Shown: positions 10,922-24,424, counted from the whole stretch's first letter. The stretch: 63,935 nt of DNA, filler included, from Octopus bimaculoides (GCF_001194135.2; 13 parts of 11 records of this genome joined end to end with filler, not necessarily neighbours in it); one strand, 5' to 3'. Made by a program: numbers and translations. The notes: generated by a model from the sequence alone, not told the origin.

Positions 10922-13244
10922 NNNNNNNNNNNNNNNNNNNNNNNNNNNNNNNNNNNNNNNNNNNNNNNNNNNNNNNNNNNNNNNNNNNNNNNNNNNNNNN
11001 NNNNNNNNNNNNNNNNNNNNNNNNNNNNNNNNNNNNNNNNNNNNNNNNNNNNNNNNNNNNNNNNNNNNNNNNNNNNNNNNNNNNNNNNNNNGGATAGTGG
11101 CTTCTGCTCTACAGAATAATAATACATTTGAAAATAGCATAAAATTTCTCCTTTTATATTTGTTAAGAAACTGTAAAAAGTAACATGCTGGTGGAAACGG
11201 AGACATGTTGGTGGAAAGAACCCGAGAAATATAATTAGTCTTGTCCTGCATTTGGGTTCAAATTTCAACCACTTTTTTTTCCAAGTTATTGTATCATGAA
11301 AATAAGAATCAGTTGTTCTCGAAAGTTCAGTGACCACGTAGAAGTTCTAACTTTGATGTTGCTACCATCTACTCCACCAACACTAGAAATATTAGTCTTG
11401 TAATTAAACAAACAGTCGTCAAAAAATAAAAATAGACATCCCTCCCCCGCTGCCAAAATCAATATACTATTACTTAGCTATTGAATTGATTATGTTTGTA
11501 CACGTAAACAAACATCCTTTTATTTGCCTAGCAGATACTAAAAACGTTTTGTAGTTTGGAATGCGATGTACATGTGGACCGGCTGAATGGACTATTTGTA
11601 AGTTAAATCTATAGTGTTCGTTCTTTATGTTTCACTGTAGAAACGTTAATTCTTACCTACACGTTAAGAATTTACATTAGAACATTATTAGGCTTGATAT
11701 CGACCTGCACTGAACAACGAGAAAGCAATATGCATTATCTAGGTAAACTTTACCCCTCCCACACACACCGATATCTATGCTGTTTTACAATTCAGAGAAT
11801 TTATAAACCAATCTGGCTATAACCAGCTCTACACCATCAGCATTATAATTATATTACATGTTTGTACATACCCCGCGCTCCCTTCTACAAAACCCTCTGC
11901 AGTAATTATTCGAGGTAGACGAATATTTAGAGCTATTTATGAGGATATCTAGTGGTGATCATAGAGTTAGCATTGTCAAGTGGTTTCTTTGAAAGATATC
12001 GCCGGGGATTTCTCTGCAACCATTTGAACTGTTTATCAATGTCTAACCTAACCTAGCCAATTCGCACACAAACATCCGCAACACAGAGACTAGTGTAATT
12101 TGTTAAACATGTTGCTCAGCGTACAGGAATAAATTCTTTCTATACACAATGGATTTACTTATTTTCAAAGAAGCTGAAACAGATAAATTCTTTATCCAGT
12201 GAAACTGCACAAAGAAATTCTAGTCCTTTAATCTTTCCTACCTCTAAAACTATAACCCTACCAAACAATGAATTCTATAAAATAGCCTCGGTAGCGGCGA
12301 TGGTGGTTGATTATCTCCCGCTAGCGATATAGACAAGAATGCTTATGTGCACTAGAAATTCAAATAAGAAGTTCTCTCATGGTAACTATCGCAGTATTCT
12401 GTGTTCTTGTAGTGACGTCATATGGCGCCAAAAAGGCATAGTCTCCATTACTCCATCTTTAACCACGCATGTGTGGATTTCGACATCCAAGCGTTCCCGC
12501 TTCTATTCTGTCCCTTACCACGCCAGACAGCGAACAAGCAAGACGGTCTAAAACAAGCTCTCATTGAGTGTGGAAGAAGCAAGTTGTCTCTCCAACGATT
12601 CATCTCTAGGGACAGTACATCTACATTCAGGCTACTCAGAAACCGGACAATTGGAAGCTGTATATTTTCCACCATAAATAAATATTGTTGTTGTTGATCA
12701 GTTTGGAGTTCTGCGTTCCGTTCACTCCTAATTTAATATAGGAAAGTCAGGTGTATATCTAATGATGTATAACCCACTTTCCTAAATTCTAAAACAACAT
12801 CCTCTTTTAAGTGGGGATAAATTTTACCTCTTGGTAGTAATACTCCTTGTGTCGCTATGAATTATTTTTTGAAATACGTTTCGTTAAAGAATAATAAAGC
12901 ATAAAGTGCAATATAATCAAACTATACTGTAGAACAATATTTATATGAAGAATAGTTCATAATAGTGTATAACAACTTGTCACTGTTTTTCGAGATGATA
13001 CAGTAGCTACTGATAATAAGGAAAAGAAGTGGTAATGTGCACTGTAACACTATGTGCATATGTGTGAACTGAAGAGTAGGTACAAGAACTGCAAAAAATA
13101 AATTGGTTTTAAAACATGTTGAATTGTCTGCACGAAAGCCTTAATAATGAGAAACAAATATATATATTCTTTTAGTTTCAGTCCAAGGGCTGCGGCCATG
13201 CTGGGGCACTGCCATTTACTTTGCTACACATTCACTTAACTGCC

Positions 13245-14590
13245 TTCGTCCATGACTTTGCTGATGTGTGAGGTCAGAGAGATAGCCCTATAGTTTTTAG
13301 CATCTGCTCTGCTTCCTCCTTTATGGATAGGCTATTCCCTCCTTTAGTTTGTCCGGGTGCTTACCACTTGCAAGAAAGCTCTGCAAAGGTTTTGCAAGGA
13401 CTCGTTTGCATGACTCGAGGAGGATCGCTTGGAATCCCTCAGGGCCAGCAGCTGAGCTTGCGTCTATATCCTCTATTGCTAGCATTACATCCTTTTCTTC
13501 GATGTTGATGTAATCAATTGTTACTGCTTCCCGTTCAGATTCTGTAGTAGTAAAGAATTCTACAGGTTTGATAACTTGCATGTGCCGTAAGGGTAGGGTG
13601 AAGACACTTTGGAACTGTTCATTCAATGTTTCACTTATCCTCATTGGGTTTCCCGTGAGGAAGCCAACCCTTTGGAGGAGTGGCCCTACCCTGGAATGCA
13701 CAGTGGCAGTCTCATTAGCGTACTTAAGGAAAACTTTACGGTCTGATTTTAAATTTCTTATAATCTAGGCTTCTTTGTCTCTTTCCTTCTCATGGGAGGG
13801 CTTCATTTGTTTCTCAATCTCTAGCGGTGTTATTTCCAGGCGGGGTTTTTCACGGTCGTTGAGTTCTCTGTTGAGGTGCTTTGCAATCTTTGTACGCCGT
13901 CTCATAAGAACTTTCCTCTCCTTGGGAATCTTGTTTTTTTTTGTGCATTAGCCCTTCTCTCTGGGACAAAATTGTAGCACGGACATGAAAGTTTTCAATT
14001 TCATGTCTCTGTCAGATGTAGAGAGACATTGGAACCAGTTCTGTTTGGTGATCTCCTTCTCAATTGATTTCCAGTCTGCTTTGTGGTACTTCAGATTGGA
14101 TAGGTTTTGAGTTCTTCTCATAGGCTGCATGTCTGTGGGTTCCTTTTGTCAACTCTATTATGTTGTGATCCGAGATTAACGTCGGTGCCACTTTCACATT
14201 ATGGATGAAATCTACATTGTTTGTGAAGCATAGATCAAGTATATTGTTTGCCCTGGTTAGAGTATTATTTGCTCTATATATAAATTGTTGGTGAGGTTGA
14301 GTAGGGATTCTACCTGACTTTGCTCATATAGTTTCATTCGTGAGAGAAAAAGGCCTTCGGGCCATTTCACATTGGGCAGGTTGAAATCTTCCATGAGAAG
14401 TACACTGATGTACTCTTCTGTTTTGGTTAAGAACTCTTCTATTCTTGTGAGGCAGGGCATCTGGTGGGCGACATGTAGTACATATAACTATGTCGTGTTG
14501 TCTTATGTGTACAATTAGTGTGTTACACACTGCTTGCAATAGCCGGTTCTTTTGGTCAAACTAGCGTATCTCCAGCTGCTTCAGATGCCA
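13245..14590 (-). mobile_element. Decayed CR1-group LINE (APE endonuclease to start of RT)
   Basis: Minus-strand fragments CTTCRPP, EDFNLPNVKW, NILDLCFTN, SDHNII, KYHKADW, SSAAGPEG, KNYRAISLTS, with stops and frameshifts. Confidence 0.85.
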
Positions 14591-14886
14591 AGATATCAAA
14601 AATTGTTAGTGTAGTACAACAGTTTTGCTATGGAATGGTGAAACTATTTTTTGTTTTCTGAAAACGCAACGTTTTGGACTTACGACACTTTTGCATAATA
14701 GCAATGATATATATTAGTTATTTCGAGGATATGAATACTTCTTAAAGGGATGTCAGCATCCAGGTTCACCGGTTTTATCCAGTGTATCAGTGAAATACCA
14801 AAAGATGTTAGTTTCACATTGATGGATATGGGTATAATTACCATTTATGTATAAGAAAAAGAAAATAGACAAATTGATATGCAGAC

Positions 14887-15341
14887 ATCAATTTATTGAA
14901 ACAATTCCAATTTCGAACAATATCAAACTCATTGATCCTAAGATCGTTTCAATGCTCAATTAACTCAAATTAGAAAATTAAATTAGAGATTCATAATGAA
15001 TATAGTTAATTGAACATTTCGTCTCTGTCAGAACTTGGTAGTAAAAAGAACTATATCCCAATGTGTTGATATATCACTGCAAACTCAGCATTAAATTCAG
15101 ATATGTGCTGTCATGAATTTCTAATGTTCCTTTTTCTAATGTAGTTCCTTTTTCTAATGTAGTTCCTTTTTCTAATGTAGTTCCTTTTTCAAGTTCTGAC
15201 CCTGACGAAACGTTCAATTAACTATATTCCTTATGAATCTCTAATTTAATTTTTCTAATTTGAATTAATTGGGCATGGAAACGATCGTAGGATCTATGAG
15301 TTTGATATTGTTCGAAATTGGAGTTGTTTCGATAAATTAAT
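14887..15341. repeat. Long inverted repeat (about 150-bp arms, about 90% identity) flanking a spacer with an 18-bp tandem
   Basis: 14887-15037 is the reverse complement of 15190-15341; the spacer holds about 4x ttcctttttctaatgtag. Confidence 0.9.
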
Positions 15342-15904
15342 AGGGCGTCATCTCGTTACTCCAAATGTGTTTAGGAGAAAATTGTTTATATACCCAACAT
15401 ATTCAATTTCACTCTAGATCGGATGGGGTTCCCCCGCCAGTTTTTTAAAAGAAGGCTTTTGAAATGAAGTCTATAGAATTATATCTCTTGATTGGGACCA
15501 GAAAGTAACACCTGAAGTGATTCAAGAACTACACAAAGGCATACAATTTGATAGAGAAGCAAACTGAACATGTACGGTGTTCACATCATTGAGAAGGACA
15601 CTAGCAATCAAGCAAACTAGCATTATGCAGAATCGTTAGAACGTCGAGCAATATTTTAGCTACGGCTCGTTATGCTCTAAGTTCAAACTTAACTGAGGTC
15701 AACTTTGCCTTTTGGAGATGAAGTATTGAGTCTGATTAACTTGAGTAACCTTTTCCTCGGCCTAAATTACGACCTTTTCCTTCTGATAGAAAACAACTTA
15801 GTAGTAAATGGAAATAACAATAAAGAGAAATAATGTTTCTTTTTCACAGAATTGGCTTATCATAAGTCTAATCTTTAGATTACGTCATTCTACTTGATAA
15901 CGAT

Positions 15905-16340
15905 ATATTCTTTTCTACTCTAGGCACAAGGCCTGAAATTTTTTGGGGGAGGGGGCCAGTCGATTATATCGACCCAGTACGCAACTGGTACTTAATTTAT
16001 CGACCCCGAAAGGATGAAAGGCAAAGTCGACCTCGGCGGAATTTGAACTCAGAACGTAAAGACAGACGAAATACCACTAAGCATTTCACCCGGCGTGCTA
16101 ACGTTTCTTATTTCTTTACTGCCCACAAGGGGCTACACGCAGAGGGGACAAACAAGGACAGACAAAGGATTAAGTCGATTATATCTACCCCAGTACGTAA
16201 CTGATACTTATTTAGTCGACCCCGAAATGATGAAAGGCAAAGTCGACCTCGGTGGAATTTGAACTCAGAACGTAGCGGCAGACGAAATACCGCTAAGCAT
16301 TTCGCCGGCGTGCTAACGTTTCTGCCAACTCGCCACCTTC
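15905..16340 (-). mobile_element. Tandem pair of tRNA-derived SINE family B
   Basis: Two copies of ...gaaaggcaaagtcgacctcggcggaatttgaactcagaacg...cggcgtgctaacg; minus strand has a gagttcaaattcc B-box. Confidence 0.9.
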
Positions 16341-16454
16341 CTGATAACGATGCATTGGGGTTTCCTGTGTTCTTACTATCTAATGGAAAAATCATCGTCG
16401 TGTAATATATTTTTTATATTAGTTTAGTTTGAGAAATTTCATGCTTTATTCATA

Positions 16455-16810
16455 CTTATGTGGTTAAAAAGCTCGCTTTGCAACCACGTGGTTTCGGGTT
16501 CAGTCCCGTTGTGCGGCACTTTGGGCAAATATCTACGATAGTCCCAGACCGACCAATGCCATGTGAGTGAATTTGGTTAACGTAAACTATGTGGAAGCCC
16601 GTCGTAAATAGGTATATGTATATATGCTTGTCTTTGTCGCTGGACAACAAGTGTTGATTTCTTTATACCCCCGTAAATTTCTTCGACGAAAGAAATGGAT
16701 AGAATAAATACCAGACTTAAAAAGGTAAAAATAAGTGCTGGAGTCAATTTGTTCGATTAAAATCCTTCAGAGCTGAACCTCATTACGGTCGCAGTCCAGT
16801 GACTGAAACA
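16455..16810 (+). mobile_element. SINE family A, long form
   Basis: tRNA-like head plus family A body; 3' part similar to 36710-37075. Confidence 0.8.
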
Positions 16811-17717
16811 AGTAAAAGTTAAAAGACAACTTGAGCTGAGCATTGCAAGCTACGCAAATTATTGGTGTCTTAGTTGTGCAAGGCCACCAAGAGATAAGTT
16901 CCTTAGTTTGTGGTATAATACATCAATGAAGACGGGATACGAATAGTTATTCTCTTCTGTCGATGAGCCAGCACCTCTTTGATATAGCTTGCAGCGACTT
17001 ATAGGTCCAGATTTTTCTTGCATTTTATATTCGGTGTTACTTTAGCGTGCTGTCAACTGTAATATTTGTAGTTTGCCCTGTGTAAATGACCAGGTAGACT
17101 GAACGCTGGTGTGGCACAGTATATTTGCATTGTAGGTACAATATGACCAAATGGTTATGAAGTTCGCTTTGCAATCATGTGAACCCGAGTTCGATTCTAC
17201 TGCGTGGCATCTTCGTTAACTGTAATTTTCTATCGTCGACCCTCTGGTCGACCCATACCTTGTGAGTAAAATCGGGTTGACGGAAATTGTATTGAAACCC
17301 TTCGATTTGATTTTACATTTAATTCATTATCACACTGCGTCACACTAACTGTACTTCAGAATTACACTAAGGATTTATGTGTCGTGTGGAATACTCAGCC
17401 ACTTATCTGCTAATTCAATTAGCAGGTAGTTTTGTAGATCGAATTACTGACACCTCATGATCTGAATTCAGACCAAGATGAATTTTAACATATTTTCGTT
17501 AAATACTACCCCACCATCCACCTAAATAAGGAACACGAATAAGTGAGATTCTTATAATTTTTGTGGTGTATAATTAAAAACGTTTAAATTCTTATTTTCT
17601 TTGGTTTGTGACGATAATTAATAGCTTAAATAATACTTTTTGTTTTAAATATGGGTTTATGTTTGTGTGCTTGTAATGATTACAACAGCTGAAATAATAT
17701 ATCTCTGTGTATGTATG

Positions 17718-17882
17718 CAGTGGCGTAGCTGGAATGTGTGCCTCCCAGGGCAGCTCTTCAGTTGTCAGTCCCTCCAGCCCACCCTAGGTTATAAGCCCAT
17801 GCAGACCTAAAAGTGCCGCCCCGACAAAAGCGTCTCCTGGGGAAAACCGTCCCTCTTTCCATTCCACCAAGCTACGCTACTG
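17718..17882. mobile_element. hAT-type MITE
   Basis: TIRs CAGTGGCGTAGCT / AGCTACGCTACTG with a perfect 8-bp TSD tatgtatg. Confidence 0.85.
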
Positions 17883-18254
17883 TATGTATGTATTTGTGTG
17901 AGATAATTCACTGTGTATAATATATATTTTTTCTCTTCAAGCTATTATTCGCTTCCTGCTGATCGATTTCCTCATTAATTGCATTTATTGACATCCACAG
18001 TAGCTCTCGATCACTCACACGTTTTCTCACCCACTCATCCGCTCACTCTCTCATTTACTCACTCCCTCATTTAATTAACCTCTCATTTAGTCGCTTCTTC
18101 ATTTAACCACTCACTCTCTTAATCACTATTTTATTGAGTGTAGACTATTTGTATTATCATTTTTCTTTTTGCTGACGCAGTTTATATTTCGTCCTTGTTA
18201 ATATTTTTTAAATAAGCGTGATAAGTTAAAGCTAATTGTTCAGTTTTCGTAGTC

Positions 18255-18682
18255 AACGTATATACATATATACATACAAACTTACATACGTACGTACATA
18301 CCTACCTACATACATACATACATACATACATACATACATACATACATACATACATACATACATTCATGCATTCATACAAACATACAGGCATACGTACATG
18401 CATTTATGCATGCATACATACATGCATAGATGCATAGATGCATACATACATGCACATATGCATGCATACATTCGTATACGATACACAATGCATACATACA
18501 TATACATAATACACAATACATACAAATATACATACATAATGCATACGTACATACACACATGCATATGTGCATACACATATGCATACATATTGCATACATA
18601 CATGCATAAAACACACCACAAACAATGCATACATATGCAAAATTCATCCATGCACACATACATACATGGATACATATTGCAT
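18255..18682. repeat. (TACA)n/(TGCA)-type microsatellite
   Basis: Low-complexity tetranucleotide repeats running into a gap. Confidence 0.95.
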
Positions 18683-19386
18683 NNNNNNNNNNNNNNNNNN
18701 NNNNNNNNNNNNNNNNNNNNNNNNNNNNNNNNNNNNNNNNNNNNNNNNNNNNNNNNNNNNNNNNNNNNNNNNNNNNNNNNNNNNNNNNNNNNNNNNNNNN
18801 NNNNNNNNNNNNNNNNNNNNNNNNNNNNNNNNNNNNNNNNNNNNNNNNNNNNNNNNNNNNNNNNNNNNNNNNNNNNNNNNNNNNNNNNNNNNNNNNNNNN
18901 NNNNNNNNNNNNNNNNNNNNNNNNNNNNNNNNNNNNNNNNNNNNNNNNNNNNNNNNNNNNNNNNNNNNNNNNNNNNNNNNNNNNNNNNNNNNNNNNNNNN
19001 NNNNNNNNNNNNNNNNNNNNNNNNNNNNNNNNNNNNNNNNNNNNNNNNNNNNNNNNNNNNNNNNNNNNNNNNNNNNNNNNNNNNNNNNNNNNNNNNNNNN
19101 NNNNNNNNNNNNNNNNNNNNNNNNNNNNNNNNNNNNNNNNNNNNNNNNNNNNNNNNNNNNNNNNNNNNNNNNNNNNNNNNNNNNNNNNNNNNNNNNNNNN
19201 NNNNNNNNNNNNNNNNNNNNNNNNNNNNNNNNNNNNNNNNNNNNNNNNNNNNNNNNNNNNNNNNNNNNNNNNNNNNNNNNNNNNNNNNNNNNNNNNNNNN
19301 NNNNNNNNNNNNNNNNNNNNNNNNNNNNNNNNNNNNNNNNNNNNNNNNNNNNNNNNNNNNNNNNNNNNNNNNNNNNNNNNNNNNNN

Positions 19387-19441
<55 letters not shown>

Positions 19442-20186
19442 CCTGCTGGGTTCGGCTGCTCTACATTGATAAAGGGCAAACACCCTGAAACTAGACTGTA
19501 GATGCCAGACTAGCAAGGGGAAGCGGCTGACCTCCCCTGTTCGAAGGTTATAATGGACACAGGTTCGTGTGTCACATAGCTAGCTAGAGGCGATGGCCTC
19601 TTGGAGCTAATCAACGGCAGTATTCGTCCAATTTTGGGGACTGCCATGTTGGCTTGGCGATAACTATTAATATATATATATATATATACATACGCGCATA
19701 CGCATGCATACATGCATACATGCATACATGCATTTATTTCTTGAGAAATTAGGCTTCTCTAAATCATAAAGGAGAAAACTGATTCGAATACTACAGATTC
19801 AAGTCATCACTGGAACCTTAAAAATCTGTATAACTTTCCCGAAGTTTATCATTCAAAATATATCTGAGCATATCTAGACATGCAACTATATGCATGAACA
19901 TACATACATTCATTACACAGAAGTTCAGAGATGGAATGATTACACAAGATTACATACAAGATGTTGTTGAACCTGAAGGAACTTTAAATCTAGGTTAGAA
20001 ACCGACTCTTTCTCTATAGGCACGAAATATTGAAATAGAACTAAATAACGACATTCATACATACTGGCATAAATGCATGTATACTAGAATAAATGCATAC
20101 ATGCAGGCATATTGCATAAATTTGCATTGTGGCTGTCAACTCGTAGACGATTATGACCACTAACGACAAGTTATCCTATCCTGGAT

Positions 20187-20274
20187 CAGTGGTTCCCAGC
20201 CTTTTCACTATCAAGGACCCCTTTTATTTGAATGAGTTTCCCCACGGACCCCTTTTAATATGCTTATCCTTATA

Positions 20275-20307
<33 letters not shown>

Positions 20308-20391
20308 GAAATTTTGAATTTAGTTCACGGACCTCCAGTACTAATTTTGCGGACCATCAGGAGCCCGCGGACTGCAGGTTGAAAATCACTG
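20187..20391. mobile_element. hAT-Charlie-like MITE
   Basis: TIRs cagtggttcccagcc / ggttgaaaatcactg; 8-bp TSD tcctggat/tcctagat, close to the Charlie NTCTAGAN target preference. Confidence 0.8.
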
Positions 20392-20677
20392 TCCTAGATG
20401 CTGAAGTCAGTGGCTTTATCAGCAATACCCATGCTGAAATTTAAAGTCAATAACATCTTGCAGAACACCACTAAGACTGTCGCCTACAAAGCTAAGTAGT
20501 CCAGAAACATGCAAGGGCAAGAAATTAGCCGTAAGGCGGGTGTTATTTCGGAATTTCCTTCTCGTAGCGAGATGTCTAAACAAAAACTCGGGGCCTCTTA
20601 TTCCCAGCTGTTGGATGGTTGTTGCCTCTACCCAGTTCATCTGTTCTTTGACAGGTTTTGTTTTTCATCTTGCACAG

Positions 20678-20710
20678 TGTACAACGAAAACTATCCTCCT
20701 TACCAAGCAG
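20678..20710 (+). CDS. Candidate 33-nt micro-exon (phase 1/1), YNENYPPYQA
   Basis: Strong acceptor ttttgtttttcatcttgcacAG and CAG|GTTTGA donor; no homology recognised. Confidence 0.25.
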
Positions 20711-21941
20711 GTTTGATAGGGTTGCTGGTTAGTCGCTGACGGCCCAACCATGCAACATGTTGTACTTGGTTACATGTTACCAGTAGCACTAGGAGTGATC
20801 TGACATGCATGCATACATAAATACATACATACACATACATAAATTACACGCAAGATTACATAGAAAGTTCGTAAGACATTCCAAAAATTCTCCATGAGAG
20901 ATTCGTATGATGTGAAAAGATGCACACACTTGAGTGTATGCATTGACAGTTCAACCAACACACCAACAGAACCACATATTTACAAACACCAGGAACTCTC
21001 TTAACTCAAAAAGTCCTGTTGCTTTGTTAACCCCCGGCTTGAACTCTCTCAAGAAGAACTTAAATAAAGCTCAAAGAAAAATCATACATACATAGATACA
21101 TACAAAGAGTATTTGTTTATTTTGTAGTATAAAAAGAAAAAGATACTCAATACAACCGAGGGTTACAAGTGTGTTGTGTCTGATATGCATATATTTGTAC
21201 ATTAGGTAAATAGAAATTCAGCCAAAATCACGGTTTTTTTCCATTTGACTGGACGGACGACCTATTGAACAGGATGGTCTAGGAAGGTGTAATCATTGTT
21301 TATCTGACACATAAAACACACACACACACACATACACACACACACACACACACATACACACACACGCGCGCGCGCACATAATGCAAGCACACGCATGTAC
21401 ACACACACATACACACGAACACACGCACATATACATGCAAGAACACATGCATGCACATACACACGCACACTCACTACATACACACAAACACACACACACA
21501 TGCACCCCCCACAATTTAAATAGAAGCTGAAAGGTAAATCTCGAAGTCGTGTAAAATTGATATCACTCTATGCTTAGTATTGAGTACCTTTTCTCGTTTT
21601 TGTATATATATTGACGTGTGTGAGTGTGTGTGTGTGCACTCGTGCACGCATTCGTGTAATAAATGACTAATTTTCAAGTAATCAATGAAATTCAAAAATG
21701 CTGTTTATTGTAAAGTAAGAAGTGATTGACGAGGTATCCATGATAGAGAAGATTTGCAGTCTGTAACTTTTAAATCATGATTCACGTTATATATATATAT
21801 TATGTGTGTGTGTGTGTGTGTGCATGTGTACAACTCAGATATACAAATGATGATTTTTAACATTTGAAGCTTTGGGACACATTATAAATTAGAAAGTTAG
21901 TGGAGCGTTCCAAAGTGATCTTTCTGTCACTCTGCCATTTT

Positions 21942-21999
<58 letters not shown>

Positions 22000-22000
<1 letters not shown>

Positions 22001-22217
22001 CTTTTCTGCTCTAGGCACAAGGCCTGAAATTTTGGGGGAGGGGGTCAGTCGATTAGATCGAGCCCAGAATGCAACTGGTACTTAATTTATCGCCCCCGAA
22101 AGGATGAAAGACAAAGTCCACCTCGGCAGAATTTGGACTCAAGACGTAAGGACGGACGGAATGCTGGTAAGCATTTTGCTCGGCGTGCTAACAATTCTGC
22201 TAGCTCGCCGCCTTCTT
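22000..22217 (-). mobile_element. SINE family B
   Basis: Same body as 15905-16340; (TAA)n flanks. Confidence 0.9.
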
Positions 22218-22244
22218 AATAATGATGATGATGATGATAATAAT

Positions 22245-22949
22245 AATAAAAGAGATATATACCACACAAGTGCAACGAACCTCGGCAGAATGTGTGGGAA
22301 GAGGGTCGAAAGCGTGACTCACATTGTTAGTGCTTGTGAAAGTCTTGTGCAGAAAGTGTACAAGCTCAGACACGACAAAGTAACCCATAACCTCCACTGG
22401 CTACTATGCCGCAAGTATGGATACGATGTAACGGTTGCTTGGTACCAACATACACACGAAAATGTAATGGACGAAAAGGGGAAGGCAAAAATCTTCTCGG
22501 ACTTTGACTTCCAGACAGACAAAGTGTTAGAGCACTGAAGGCTGGATATAGTAACCTTTAGGAGGGACAAACAAGAGTGCCTAATAATCGACATGGCAAT
22601 GCCAGATCAACATATTATCATGAAAGAAAAAGAAAAGATTAGAAAATATGGAGACCTGAGAATTGAGATCGCCAAGATGTGGCAGCTACGAGAGTCAAAC
22701 ATAAAGGTTGTACCTGTTGTCATCGGAGCATTGGGTTCAATACCACACAATCTGTAGAAACACCTGGAAACTTTAGAAATACCCTACATCTAGGTGTATT
22801 ACAACAATTAGTTTTACTTGGAACTGCATGCATATTGCGTAAAGTACTGTCTGTCTGAGGCCCTTGTTGTGACTTAACAGACAGTACAAACTCCCGGTAG
22901 ACAATATCTTCAATTAATAACATCACGATATTGGATACCGTGCGATGGC

Positions 22950-23000
<51 letters not shown>
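22245..23000 (+). mobile_element. R4/Dong-type non-LTR element 3' end (zinc knuckle plus restriction-like endonuclease)
   Basis: RMCGKRVESVTHIVSAC, RHDKV, DFQTDKVLEH.RLDIV, LIIDMAMP, KYGDLRIEI, VPVVIGALG, LGTACILRKVL; followed by (TAA)n. Confidence 0.85.
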
Positions 23001-23001
<1 letters not shown>

Positions 23002-23029
23002 TAATAAATGTTAATCATTTTGGATTACC

Positions 23030-23166
23030 CAGTGCGTAAATGGTACTTATTTAATCGACCTCCGAAAGGATGAAAAGCAAAGTGGACCTCGGCAGATTTT
23101 GAAGTCAGACGAAATACCGCTAAGCATTTCGCCCGGCGTGATAATGATTGCGCCAGCTTGCCACCC
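23030..23166 (-). mobile_element. SINE family B
   Basis: Family B body. Confidence 0.8.
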
Positions 23167-23779
23167 TACCACTTAAAATATTGATCGTAACAACATCTAA
23201 AGTTCGAATAGAATTGGGACTTTCATACATTAAATCAAAATAGGCCTCAGAAAATGACTAAGCAATCATATCCTAGGACAGTCATCGGCAAACTGCGCCC
23301 CGCAGGTCTTTCTCAATGGCATACATAGCGAAAAATCACATTGAAGAATTCCTTTTAGCTGTGTGGTCTGTTTGATGACGAAGCTGTGTCACACGTAGCT
23401 CGCTTTTTGAAAAAAGGTTATCCATGCCTACTCAATCCGCACATGTAAAATCATGAGTAATTAACCTTTGACTAAACACATAATACATTCAAGACAGCAT
23501 TTTCAAATGATCATTTTAAAATGATGATAGATTATGATATGAGCTAAAATTTTGCCGGTGTACATGCGAGTACAACTTTTAGTACTGCATAAGTGAAAAA
23601 AAAACAAAAACATTCAAACCTGAATTTTAATCCAATTACTCTGGAAACAACAATCTACCCGACTTGATTTTCAACACTGTCATTCTGTTGCAACTAACGC
23701 GAGGGTTATAAAGGAACACGGAGCAAGAAAGTCATACGGTATATATATATATATATGAGAAGAACACAAGTGGAGTTTA

Positions 23780-23866
23780 AAATTCACAACAGCTGTTTCA
23801 GCAGCATTTTATTGATGTAAACTTCGATTGCATCACGACAAAAATCCGTTGTCTTCAGGTGAATTT
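23780..23866 (-). ncRNA. Type I hammerhead ribozyme
   Basis: Minus strand: aaauucac CUGAAGA ... GAAA CAGCUG UU gugaauuu. Perfect 8-bp helix I and palindromic helix III; basal helix II pairing is imperfect; a (TA)n tail follows. Confidence 0.8.
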
Positions 23867-24349
23867 AAGCAAACGATCTTATAGGCATGTAGAAAATTTA
23901 AGTCGACCGGCTAACTATGTATATGGCAAGACAAATGAAGTTGTCAGATGAACTGTTGAATTTACAGGGCCGTTAGTAAAACCCATAAGGGCAAAGTTCA
24001 AAAACCATTAAATTTCGCAGATCGCTATCCCACCGAAAAAAGAATTGTAATGCAACCACGGAAGCTAAATCTTAACTGTTACAGTAGACCTACGAGTAGC
24101 GTCTACTAGTGAAAGGGAGAATCGGATACTGTAAAATTGAGTCCAGGATCATCTTTGAAGTATATGGAAACTGATTTGGTAATGAGCTGTGCGCATACTC
24201 CTCAGAAAACCAAGATACCATTGTGAGGAGATTTCATCATGGATAGGCGTTCATCGGGTAAGTCACAGCACCTCAGCGTTACAGGAAATTCAACGTATAA
24301 TTACCTTTATCAGAAAGAAACGGAGTCAAGTTACTCGACATGTGTGGAT

Positions 24350-24382
<33 letters not shown>

Positions 24383-24384
24383 CG

Positions 24385-24424
<40 letters not shown>

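Noticed and set aside
15480-15570. SLDWDQKVTPE resembling a BEL/Pao RT-RNaseH motif
   Set aside because: Too short and flanked by stops; no other BEL motifs.
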